Positions 8,761 through 16,357 of a stretch of 34,770 bases of DNA are shown here, piece after piece; position 1 is the first letter of the stretch; each line of letters starts with the position of its first letter. Origin of the DNA: a virus (lineage: Duplodnaviria; Caudoviricetes); the IMG/VR virus record IMGVR_UViG_3300044775_000056, positions 1 through 34,770 of that record. The stretch is one strand, 5' to 3'. Under the pieces are notes generated by a model. That model searched no databases. It saw only the letters and a list, made by a program, of their open reading frames with translations, and was not told where the DNA came from. The translations under genes were made by a program, and so were the position numbers.

Positions 8761-11700
8761 GTGCTCGATGCGCAGGGCTACCTGTCCCGCGTCGTCGCTC
8801 CAGGCGCCTACTACGCGTTCGCCTTCCAGCGGCCCGGTCAGACAGGGATTACGCACCGGTTCTGGCCGCAGTCAGAGTTAACCGCGGCAGTTAACTGGCT
8901 GAGCCAAGTCAGCAGCACCCACGATGTCTGGGTAGGCGTCGCGAGCTATCGCGACGCCGAGATGCACGGCGTCGACGGCGCCGGCCAGCAGCGGTTCAGG
9001 GGGAAGCGCACCCAGGCCAATGCCGAGAACTTGAAGTGCTTCTGGTACGACGCCGATATCTCCCGGCCGGGTGACGGCAAGAACCCCGACCGGGTGTGGG
9101 CCAACGAGGTCGAACTCGGTAAGTGGCTGGCCCAGGCCAAGGCCGGCGGCTTGCCGATACCAAACCTCTGGATCAAGTCGGGTTACGGCATCCACTTCTA
9201 CTGGGTGCTGGACACCGCGCTATCGGCCGCCGACTGGCTGCCATACGCGCGGGCGTTCAAGACTATGCTGGCAACCCTGGGAGCCAGGGGCGATATCGGC
9301 ATATCGGCCGACAGCGCCCGTATCCTGCGGCCGCCCGACACCTTTAACTTCAAGGTGCCATCGTCGCCGGCCCCGTGCTTCGACCGGACGCCGGCTAAAT
9401 ACCAGTTGCCCCCCGAGTATCCATTGGGAAACATCCTCGCCGCTCTGCAACCCTTTGCTACTACTGGTAGTAACCCCCTCGGGAAACCGCCCGCCGGGGT
9501 CCGGGTTAACAGCGGTTTACTGAAAAACGCCAAGGCTGGCATCACCAAGCCGCCGCCTTACGACTTCGACACGATCGCCGCTGCGTGCCCGCAGGTTGCC
9601 CGCACCCTCGACGAGGGCGGCGAGCACGACACCTACGCCATGTGGCACCACATGAATAACCTGGCGTATGCCTGCCGCAACGACGAGGCGGCGCACCGCA
9701 TCGCCGTGAAGCACGCGACATACAGCCAGGCCGACACCGACAGAAAACTGGCGCTGACCAAAAAAGAACGGGGCCAGAAAGATTTCGGTGCGCCGCTGTG
9801 CACCAGCATCGACTTCGAGCGCGCCGGGGTCTGCCAGAGCTGCCCGCACTGGGGGAAGATCAAGTCGCCCTACTCGCTGGGCAAGCCGGTTTTTGTCCCC
9901 GGCGAGATGCCGCCGAACTACCGGCAGACCGAGGACGCCATCCAGCAGTGGGTCAAGGACGACTGGACCGAGCTGATCTCCGGCGTCATGTCGGACGTCC
10001 AGCTGTTGCGCTACGGCGACGGCACCTACCGCCTGACCTACGACTACACGCTCTCCGGGCAGTGCCACCACATTGCGGTTAACGAAGGTGACCTGTTTAT
10101 CGGCGCCGACCGAATGCGGCAGGCGCTAATTCGGCAGGGGGTTAGCCTCAACCGCTACAACACATCGCATTATGGGGACCTCCTCATGTCATGGATCGAG
10201 GAGCTGCGCCGCAACCGGATGTACATCGAGGCGCCGCCGCCCTTTGGTTGGGTAACCGACGAGGATGGCGAGTATCTCGGCCTCGCTGTCGCCGGCACTG
10301 TCTATCAGGTAGATGGCAGCGAGGCGCCGGCGCAGCCTGGCGACCGCAAGATCAACGAGAGCTACCGGCCCAAAGGATCAATCGAGAAGTGGCGCGAATC
10401 GGCCGAGTTCGTCACCAAAGACCGGCCGGACCTACAAGCTCTCGTCGCCGCCGCCTTCGCGGCCCCGTTGATGGAGTTCGTCGGCGAATCGGCAGTCATG
10501 AGTGTGTGGTCGAGCCGCTCCGGGGCGCGCAAGACCAGTGCGTTCCGCATCGGCACCAGCGTGTGGTGCAACCCGATCACCGGCATGAGCGCGATTCGCG
10601 ACACGACCAACTCGGTGCAGCATAGCCTCGGCGAGACCCGGATCATGCCGGTCTACTGGGATGAAATCCACGCCGCCGGACGCGACCAGATTGCGACGAT
10701 GGTGGAGATGGTCTTTAACATTACACAGGGCAGAGGCCGCAGTAGGCTCGATCCGACAATCCAACAACGTGACGTCGGATTCTGGCGCACCCTTATGGTC
10801 TTGTCGGCGAATCGGTCTATTGGCGAGATGATCGAGCAGGACCGGGCGCACACCAACGCCGGCGCTTTGCGAATCTTCGAGTTTCAGATGGAACCGCAGG
10901 GCAATGCTGCGCTGGAAGCCTCGACCCTGGTAGCCCAAGTCGAGCGCAACTACGGGCACGCCGGCAGGATTTTCGCCGCCTGGGTTGTCCAACATATCCC
11001 CGAGGTTAGGAAATTCGTCGAGGAGCTGCGCCGCCACCTCGGCCGCGACCTACACCACGTAGACCCCAACGAACGCTTCCACGTCGCGGCTGTCCTCGGA
11101 CTCGTCGCCGGCGCCCACATCGCTAGTAAGCAACTGAAGCTTCTCGACCTCGACGTCAAGGCGATCTACCGGTTCCTCGTCGATCAGCTGCTCGAACAGC
11201 GATTCGCCCGAATGGAAGATGCGCCGCTCGATGACGAGGCCAAGCACCTGGCCAGAACCTTCGAGCGGTTTATGTCCGATTGCGTCGACGAACTGATGGT
11301 AACGCAGTCGTTCAGCCCGGTCGGGCGCCCTAGGGTTGGAATGATAGGGCAGGACCGCGTCAAAGTAATCAAAAGTCCAGGACCGCAAAGCGCGCGGGCG
11401 ATGATCCACATCGGGCTAGACGAACAGAAACTGCATCTCGACCACAACCGGTTCAAAGAGTGGTGCTTTGAAAACAAGCTGTCTGCTAAGGCGATGTTTA
11501 TTCTAATGGACAAGCTATGGCCGGTACACAGGACGCGGGCTATCCTTGGCGTCGGCACAAACTGGTCGTCCGGCGCAAAGGTTAACTACTACGTAGTATC
11601 CCTGGCCCAGCCAGGATTGCGGCATCACCTGAAGTGGGGCACGCCCAACCCCGACACCACCAACGTCGTCGAGCTGCCGCTGCGCGACCCGGCCGAATAG
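8761..11700 (+). CDS. Primase-helicase (AEP/RepB-type primase, Cys-rich linker, DUF927-like ATPase)
   Basis: WYDAD, SGYGIHFYW, RILRPPDTFN primase motifs; CPQ...C...CQSCP; PFGW, SGARKT, VYWDE, G.GR.RL, NYGHAG. Confidence 0.85.
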   Translation: MLDAQGYLSRVVAPGAYYAFAFQRPGQTGITHRFWPQSELTAAVNWLSQVSSTHDVWVGVASYRDAEMHGVDGAGQQRFRGKRTQANAENLKCFWYDADISRPGDGKNPDRVWANEVELGKWLAQAKAGGLPIPNLWIKSGYGIHFYWVLDTALSAADWLPYARAFKTMLATLGARGDIGISADSARILRPPDTFNFKVPSSPAPCFDRTPAKYQLPPEYPLGNILAALQPFATTGSNPLGKPPAGVRVNSGLLKNAKAGITKPPPYDFDTIAAACPQVARTLDEGGEHDTYAMWHHMNNLAYACRNDEAAHRIAVKHATYSQADTDRKLALTKKERGQKDFGAPLCTSIDFERAGVCQSCPHWGKIKSPYSLGKPVFVPGEMPPNYRQTEDAIQQWVKDDWTELISGVMSDVQLLRYGDGTYRLTYDYTLSGQCHHIAVNEGDLFIGADRMRQALIRQGVSLNRYNTSHYGDLLMSWIEELRRNRMYIEAPPPFGWVTDEDGEYLGLAVAGTVYQVDGSEAPAQPGDRKINESYRPKGSIEKWRESAEFVTKDRPDLQALVAAAFAAPLMEFVGESAVMSVWSSRSGARKTSAFRIGTSVWCNPITGMSAIRDTTNSVQHSLGETRIMPVYWDEIHAAGRDQIATMVEMVFNITQGRGRSRLDPTIQQRDVGFWRTLMVLSANRSIGEMIEQDRAHTNAGALRIFEFQMEPQGNAALEASTLVAQVERNYGHAGRIFAAWVVQHIPEVRKFVEELRRHLGRDLHHVDPNERFHVAAVLGLVAGAHIASKQLKLLDLDVKAIYRFLVDQLLEQRFARMEDAPLDDEAKHLARTFERFMSDCVDELMVTQSFSPVGRPRVGMIGQDRVKVIKSPGPQSARAMIHIGLDEQKLHLDHNRFKEWCFENKLSAKAMFILMDKLWPVHRTRAILGVGTNWSSGAKVNYYVVSLAQPGLRHHLKWGTPNPDTTNVVELPLRDPAE

Positions 11701-11729
11701 CGTCAACTTTCCTTTGGGCAGTTGTCACT

Positions 11730-12227
11730 TTACTGTTCCACGTTGTCAACATTCAGGGTGCTGATCGCGGCGATGCTCCGTTCGTGCGCGGTCATGAAGG
11801 CGCCGGCAAAGGCGTTTGTGCCGGACCACGCCCGGAGCCGGGTCCACTGTTCCTGGTGCCAACGCAGGACCGCGTCGCGCATCGACTGCTCGCCTTGGGC
11901 GCGGCTCAAGGCGAGTTTATCGGCATATTCGCTGATGACCCGCTGTTGCCGTTGGTCGTAGGCGGCCATCCGATCCAGCGCGGCCTGGCTCTCGGTGAGT
12001 TCTGTCCGCTGTTCGGCGAGTAACCCTCGCAGCACCTCGATCTCTTTTCGCAGCGCTGGCTCGGGGGGATGCGCGGCAAGGGCGGCGTTCCAGCCGTCGC
12101 GGTAATTTTGGTTCTTTGAACGATCACCCGTGCCGTCGCAGATTACGCAAGGCGACCACACGCTCGGCCCAAGCATCACACGCCCTTGGTTACACGAGCA
12201 CGGGGTCGGTGGCGGCGCGCTCCACAT
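11730..12227 (-). CDS. Hypothetical protein (CxxCxGxG finger plus coiled coil)
   Basis: Starts 2 nt after the upstream stop; CSCNQG...CVICDGTG, YRDGWNAAL. Confidence 0.65.
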   Translation of the reverse strand: MWSAPPPTPCSCNQGRVMLGPSVWSPCVICDGTGDRSKNQNYRDGWNAALAAHPPEPALRKEIEVLRGLLAEQRTELTESQAALDRMAAYDQRQQRVISEYADKLALSRAQGEQSMRDAVLRWHQEQWTRLRAWSGTNAFAGAFMTAHERSIAAISTLNVDNVEQ

Positions 12228-12228
12228 C

Positions 12229-12378
12229 TCAACCCTTGGCCGTTTTGCCGGCTGCCGCCTTATCGGCTTTGACGAAGTCCCGCGCCACCTTCTGCGGGAT
12301 TTTTAGCTTCTTCGCGAAGGTGGGGTCGTGCGCCGCAGCTCTCATGGTCCGTGCCTGAACCTTGCTCACGGAAGGCAT
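12229..12378 (-). CDS. Small basic phage protein (49 aa; not in the ORF track)
   Basis: MPSVSKVQARTMRAAAHDPTFAKKLKIPQKVARDFVKADKAAAGKTAKG; RBS aggag; resembles a small phage protein family I recall. Confidence 0.8.
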   Translation of the reverse strand: MPSVSKVQARTMRAAAHDPTFAKKLKIPQKVARDFVKADKAAAGKTAKG

Positions 12379-12410
12379 ATGGATAGCTCCTATATGATAT
12401 ACTCGGCAGT

Positions 12411-12929
12411 ATGCGACGGGGCCAACGAACAGTCATTAAGATTTGCGCGTGTGGATGCTGGGAGTTGATTCAACCATACCTTAACAAGCATACCGGTCGA
12501 GTATCTAGTTATCCAAAGTATATTCCCGGGCACGGTACTATAGCCAAGAGCAGCCGTGAACGAGGCGTACCAAAAGGAGGACTACCAATCGGCACGATTA
12601 GTCTTCATCACAGCACTAAGTCATTAACATACCGTGTTATAAAGACAGAATTTGGGTGGGAGTACGAGCATCGAGTTGTCATGTCGTCTATACTTGGTCG
12701 TAGACTGGAAGCATGGGAGCACGTCCATCACGACAACGAAAATACGGTAGACAACTCACCAAATAATCTTGTGCTAACTACGAAATACGACCACCCCGGC
12801 ATACACGGCGCTCGAATTGGATGGGCTAAGGCCCATGAATGCTGCCGCGACTGCGGCACTACGGCCCGGCGCCACGTTGGTCGTGGGCTTTGCACGGCCT
12901 GCTACCAGCACTCCCGAAACAAAATATAG
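12411..12929 (+). CDS. Free-standing HNH homing endonuclease with Cys-rich flanking modules
   Basis: YEHRVVM...GRRL...EHVHHDNEN..DN...NL; N-terminal CACGC, C-terminal CRDC...GLCTACY; AT-rich and opposite in strand to its neighbours. Confidence 0.85.
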   Translation: MRRGQRTVIKICACGCWELIQPYLNKHTGRVSSYPKYIPGHGTIAKSSRERGVPKGGLPIGTISLHHSTKSLTYRVIKTEFGWEYEHRVVMSSILGRRLEAWEHVHHDNENTVDNSPNNLVLTTKYDHPGIHGARIGWAKAHECCRDCGTTARRHVGRGLCTACYQHSRNKI

Positions 12930-13109
12930 CGTCGTCCTTGCAGAACCCCCCCATTTGCGCGACCGATCACTCGTGTCGGCTGCTGGGCATCGGTGGGGGC
13001 CTCCCGACAGAGTCCCACAAAATACAGTGCGATAAGGATTGCGTGAATCCCTCTTCTGCGCGACCGTGTAGGACTTCTATTTCGCGGGGGTACACCAACG
13101 AGTTAGCCC

Positions 13110-13139
13110 AAAAGCAAAACCCGCCCTGGGAGGGCGGGT
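13110..13139 (-). terminator. Minus-strand intrinsic terminator (end of a putative antisense RNA)
   Basis: acccgccct-ggg-agggcgggt hairpin (13119-13139); the minus strand continues tttgctttt. Confidence 0.65.
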
Positions 13140-13296
13140 CCGCATTAGACCTCTTGGGGAGGAAACTCGACCTGGCAGTCGAGATCCTCCCCGATTTGAT
13201 CGGCCTTCGCAAGAGAAAAATTTTCTTGCCACGGACGAGCTGCGCCTGGAGCGGGCCTCCTCCCGACGCGGGTTGCTTTGCAACCCAAGGGGAAAC

Positions 13297-13827
13297 GTGT
13301 CCAGACAGACGATCTATCAAGGGTTTGAAGACCGCGTACCGCTAGACCGCGAGGCCAAGGTGCGGCTCATGCACCTGGCGCGGGCGCTGAAGCACCGCAC
13401 CGAAAAGGGCAAGCACTACGGCCGGCTCACCGGTAAGTTCTGCGACGTGCTGCACGCCCTGGTCTGGCTGATCCACGACGGCAAGACCGGGCAGTGCAAC
13501 CCCAGCTACGAGACGATCGCCGCCAAGGCCGAGTGCTGCCGCGCGACAGTGGCCACGGCGATTCGGGCACTGGAGGACGCCGGGCTCCTGTCGTGGGTGA
13601 ATCGGTTCGTCCGCAAGCGGCAGCGCGAAGGCGGGGTGTGGGTCACGCGGCTGGTGCGGACCAGCAACGCCTACATCCTCCGCCCGCCAAAATCCAAGGC
13701 TCCCGTAACTAAGTCTAAAATTCCGTCGGGACCCCTAGAGAAAATAAAAACTAACTTACCAATCACCCCCGAATCGGCGTGGGCGTTCCACCTCGAACAG
13801 CAGCGGCGGCTGAACCTCCGCGTATAA
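13297..13827 (+). CDS. Winged-HTH protein resembling small-plasmid replication initiators
   Basis: GTG start after aagggga; TGQCNPSYETIAAKAECCRATVATAIRALEDAGLLSWVNR...RTSNAY is the HTH_36/Rep-like signature. Confidence 0.75.
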   Translation: MSRQTIYQGFEDRVPLDREAKVRLMHLARALKHRTEKGKHYGRLTGKFCDVLHALVWLIHDGKTGQCNPSYETIAAKAECCRATVATAIRALEDAGLLSWVNRFVRKRQREGGVWVTRLVRTSNAYILRPPKSKAPVTKSKIPSGPLEKIKTNLPITPESAWAFHLEQQRRLNLRV

Positions 13828-13957
13828 AGGCGCGCCTAGACGGCGCTTGCGCCCGCCCACAGCGGGCGCTGATAAGGAAAAGATTGCATTCGATAAGAGG
13901 GACGGGCTTCATGTGGCCAGTTCCCCCGTCAACGTCCGAGTTAACGTGGGGAAACTT

Positions 13958-14311
13958 ATGGTCTACAACCTACAGGAAGCCGGCAACGCGGTCGGGATGA
14001 CAAGGACCGGCATCCTGAAAGCGATCAGGCGCGGCACCATTTCGGCGACCAAATCCGAGACCGGCGGCTGGTGCATCGAGCCGACGGAACTGCACCGGGT
14101 ATACGCACCAAAAGTGCCCGAGTTAATTCCAGTCAACCCGACGGATACCGTCCTTAATGAGGTTCGAGCGCGTCTCGCCGACGCTCAAGCCATAATCCGC
14201 GACCTACAGGCTCGCCTTAGCGAGTCGGACCGGGAGCGAACTCGGCTCACGACGATGCTGACCGACCAGCGACCGAATCGCCGGTCGTGGTGGCGATTCG
14301 GGTCAAGGTGA
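13958..14311 (+). CDS. HTH (excisionase/MerR-like) plus coiled-coil DNA-binding protein of the kind found after plasmid rep genes
   Basis: YNLQEAG.AVGMTRTGILKAIRRG.ISA.K...G.W.IEP.EL.RVY; coiled coil; C-terminal RRSWWRF. Confidence 0.78.
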   Translation: MVYNLQEAGNAVGMTRTGILKAIRRGTISATKSETGGWCIEPTELHRVYAPKVPELIPVNPTDTVLNEVRARLADAQAIIRDLQARLSESDRERTRLTTMLTDQRPNRRSWWRFGSR

Positions 14312-14575
14312 TTTGCGGTTCGCATCCTCGATCAGCTTCAGTACGGCGGCACAGGTTTCGGCAACGGCCAGCCGCGTCCCGACCAGATCGAGGATGCAGC
14401 CCGCCTTGGCGGTAAACAGCTTATTAGAGCCTCGGCCAGCCGACCCCAACGTGACCTGTAGAGCGACAATGTGCTGAGGTGAGACCGCGATCTCGACGCC
14501 GTCCGGCCGGTGCAGCACGATCAGTTGTAACCCGATCGCTGCAACGGCCGGCGACATTAGGTACCGGCCTCGCAC
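14303..14575 (-). CDS. Hypothetical protein
   Basis: 90-aa ORF co-oriented with the late arm; LIVLHRPDG.EI.V.P..I.AL...V.ETC..V pattern. Confidence 0.6.
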   Translation of the reverse strand: MRGRYLMSPAVAAIGLQLIVLHRPDGVEIAVSPQHIVALQVTLGSAGRGSNKLFTAKAGCILDLVGTRLAVAETCAAVLKLIEDANRKSP

Positions 14576-14588
14576 CGGCTTGGACCGC

Positions 14589-14822
14589 TCACTCGTCTCC
14601 CGTCAGGTTGTTCGCCGCCCACAGCAGCGCGCCCGCCGCCTCCAGGGGGGCGCACTCACCCCACGCTCTGACACCAGTGCTGATGACACCCGGTCGGCGC
14701 GACACTAGGACCGCGACGATAAAATCCAGGTCCGCGTGCTCGCCGGCGTCGATCTCATCAGCTAGCTCCCTCAACTTCGCCGGAATGTCGTTCGCCAGGC
14801 TCGGCAGTTTGACGATGTTCAT
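14589..14822 (-). CDS. Hypothetical protein
   Basis: RBS gagga; DIPAKLRELADEIDAGE. Confidence 0.65.
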   Translation of the reverse strand: MNIVKLPSLANDIPAKLRELADEIDAGEHADLDFIVAVLVSRRPGVISTGVRAWGECAPLEAAGALLWAANNLTGDE

Positions 14823-15042
14823 CGCTCACTTCCTCAAACCATTCCTTGGCATCAATCTCGACGACACGTAACGGCAGGTTGAGGTAGGCGGTAACGTCTT
14901 TCCCAAGGGCGACAATCCCTTCGAGCCTTTCCCGATCGCCGCGCTCCAAGGGCGCTCGGGCAAACACCGTGCCCGCCGGCACCGTCACGTCCATGGTCAG
15001 AGCGAAAGTCCGGTCGGGGTTTTTGGCGTAGTCCTTAGCCAT
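14758..15042 (-). CDS. Hypothetical protein
   Basis: RBS gaggga; overlaps the downstream gene by 65 nt. Confidence 0.5.
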   Translation of the reverse strand: MAKDYAKNPDRTFALTMDVTVPAGTVFARAPLERGDRERLEGIVALGKDVTAYLNLPLRVVEIDAKEWFEEVSDEHRQTAEPGERHSGEVEGAS

Positions 15043-15253
15043 TCGGGTTGTCCCTCTTTAATAGATGCCGCAGCTCGCCAATCACCCGCAGGGCAGGGTG
15101 CACCGGTGGTGATGCATCACACGCCTGATCACCCGAGCAGCAGTGATCAAAACCGGTGCCGCCGCAAACTTCGCAGGGGTAGGGAAACAATTCGTTGCCG
15201 GGCCAGCTCCGGCGCAGGACGTGACCGGTGCCAAAGCAGGCTTCGCACCTCAC
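15035..15253 (-). CDS. Small DnaJ-type zinc-finger protein
   Basis: CEACFGTG and CEVCGGTG repeats; GTGA overlap with the upstream stop. Confidence 0.65.
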   Translation of the reverse strand: MRCEACFGTGHVLRRSWPGNELFPYPCEVCGGTGFDHCCSGDQACDASPPVHPALRVIGELRHLLKRDNPNG

Positions 15254-15534
15254 CCCGGCACCTCGCGATTGGCTGCCTCAAGAAGCCTCTGGGCGTAGAC
15301 ACGCAGGACCTCGCGGCTGACGCTGATCCGCATCCGCGTTATCTCGTTCGCGCGGTACATGTCGAGATGGACGATGTCGCCGGTGCCCTCGTCGCTCACC
15401 TGGAGGCGGCCGGGGAATATCGTGCCTTCCATACCGGCCACCTCTCTTTCCATCGCCGCGAGCTTTTCTGGCCAAGTCGGAAAGCGCCACCAGAAGAGCA
15501 GCTCGGGGAGGCCGGAAGCTCGCCAAAACATCAT
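15250..15534 (-). CDS. Hypothetical protein
   Basis: ATGA overlap with the upstream gene; start may be an internal Met. Confidence 0.55.
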   Translation of the reverse strand: MMFWRASGLPELLFWWRFPTWPEKLAAMEREVAGMEGTIFPGRLQVSDEGTGDIVHLDMYRANEITRMRISVSREVLRVYAQRLLEAANREVPG

Positions 15535-15701
15535 CCCACCCCACCCCGTCGAGGCGGGGGGTCAGGTCTGGCATCTTGATCATCGCGGTCGATCTGAGCC
15601 TCGGCCAGGAGCCAGAACTCCTCGTCGCGATGCGGAGGTTTTCCAGCCTGCTCCCACAAAAGCTGCGCACGTTGACGGATACGTGTCTCGCGTTTAGTCA
15701 T
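15531..15701 (-). CDS. DUF2934-like small protein (56 aa; not in the ORF track)
   Basis: MTKRETRIRQRAQLLWEQAGKPPHRDEEFWLLAEAQI matches the RI..RA..LWE..G.P..RD...W..AE pattern. Confidence 0.75.
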   Translation of the reverse strand: MTKRETRIRQRAQLLWEQAGKPPHRDEEFWLLAEAQIDRDDQDARPDPPPRRGGVG

Positions 15702-15707
15702 CTTAAT

Positions 15708-15923
15708 TCACCGCAGGGCCGGGAAAGGCGACGTACCGCCGATGACCAATGTAACCAACCAAATCAACGCCAGTAGGGCGATGATCAACAGTCCAAATTT
15801 ATCAACCTGGGGCGGAATGGGTAGGCCGATGTACCGCAATACCCAAAGAACCGCCAGGAACACTCCGGCAAGCAGCACGACTGCCAATAAAACCCACAAG
15901 ACCCCAACGATTAAAGGCCCCAT
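15708..15923 (-). CDS. Small two-TM membrane protein (71 aa)
   Basis: TGATG coupling; two long hydrophobic segments separated by GLPIPPQVDK. Confidence 0.75.
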   Translation of the reverse strand: MGPLIVGVLWVLLAVVLLAGVFLAVLWVLRYIGLPIPPQVDKFGLLIIALLALIWLVTLVIGGTSPFPALR

Positions 15924-16066
15924 CACGTCCCCCAATAGGCCAGCGCGGCCAAGGACAGGATCAACACCAGCACCCACAGCCACAAGTCGACAAAAGCAGC
16001 AAAAGCGTTGTGCCGCTTGGGTGAGTGGAGGCTGCCCGCGATTATCAGCCGCTCGACCTTGGGCAT
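15923..16066 (-). CDS. Small protein with C-terminal TM helix (47 aa; not in the ORF track)
   Basis: RBS ggagga; MPKVERLIIAGSLHSPKRHNAFAAFVDLWLWVLVLILSLAALAYWGR. Confidence 0.65.
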   Translation of the reverse strand: MPKVERLIIAGSLHSPKRHNAFAAFVDLWLWVLVLILSLAALAYWGT

Positions 16067-16174
16067 TCGGTTCCTCCGAAAAAAGGCGCGGGGGCCACAC
16101 GTTACGAGGTGTAATGGGGGCCATCGAACCGGGCCGCCCGCGCGCCCCTCGCGGGGTTCTAAATTATAGGAATA

Positions 16175-16357
16175 CTATAATGCCTTCCGGCCGGTTTTGG
16201 CGAGGCGGAAAAAGTTTTTCGGGTCAAGTTCCGCCGCCAGCATCGCCGCCTCCAGCTCGCGGCAATAGGCTTCGTTCCGCGCCGCGTCGCGCTCGTCGAG
16301 GTCGAACAGATCGAGTTCGGGCGGCGAGACATTTACTACCGGTAGTACCGACCTCAT
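16175..16357 (-). CDS. Hypothetical protein (60 aa)
   Basis: ATGA overlap with the giant gene's stop. Confidence 0.55.
   Translation of the reverse strand: MRSVLPVVNVSPPELDLFDLDERDAARNEAYCRELEAAMLAAELDPKNFFRLAKTGRKAL

Noticed and set aside
12921-12936. aaaatatag as another copy of the palindromic site (likewise 17138 and 23982)
   Set aside because: Half-site only; no second arm.
12839-13345. 168-aa + ORF and 117-aa - ORF across the rep leader
   Set aside because: No RBS or recognisable motifs; the region is better explained by RNA structures.
16084-16146. tRNA suggested by GGTTCGA on the minus strand
   Set aside because: Cannot be folded into a cloverleaf with correct arm spacing.
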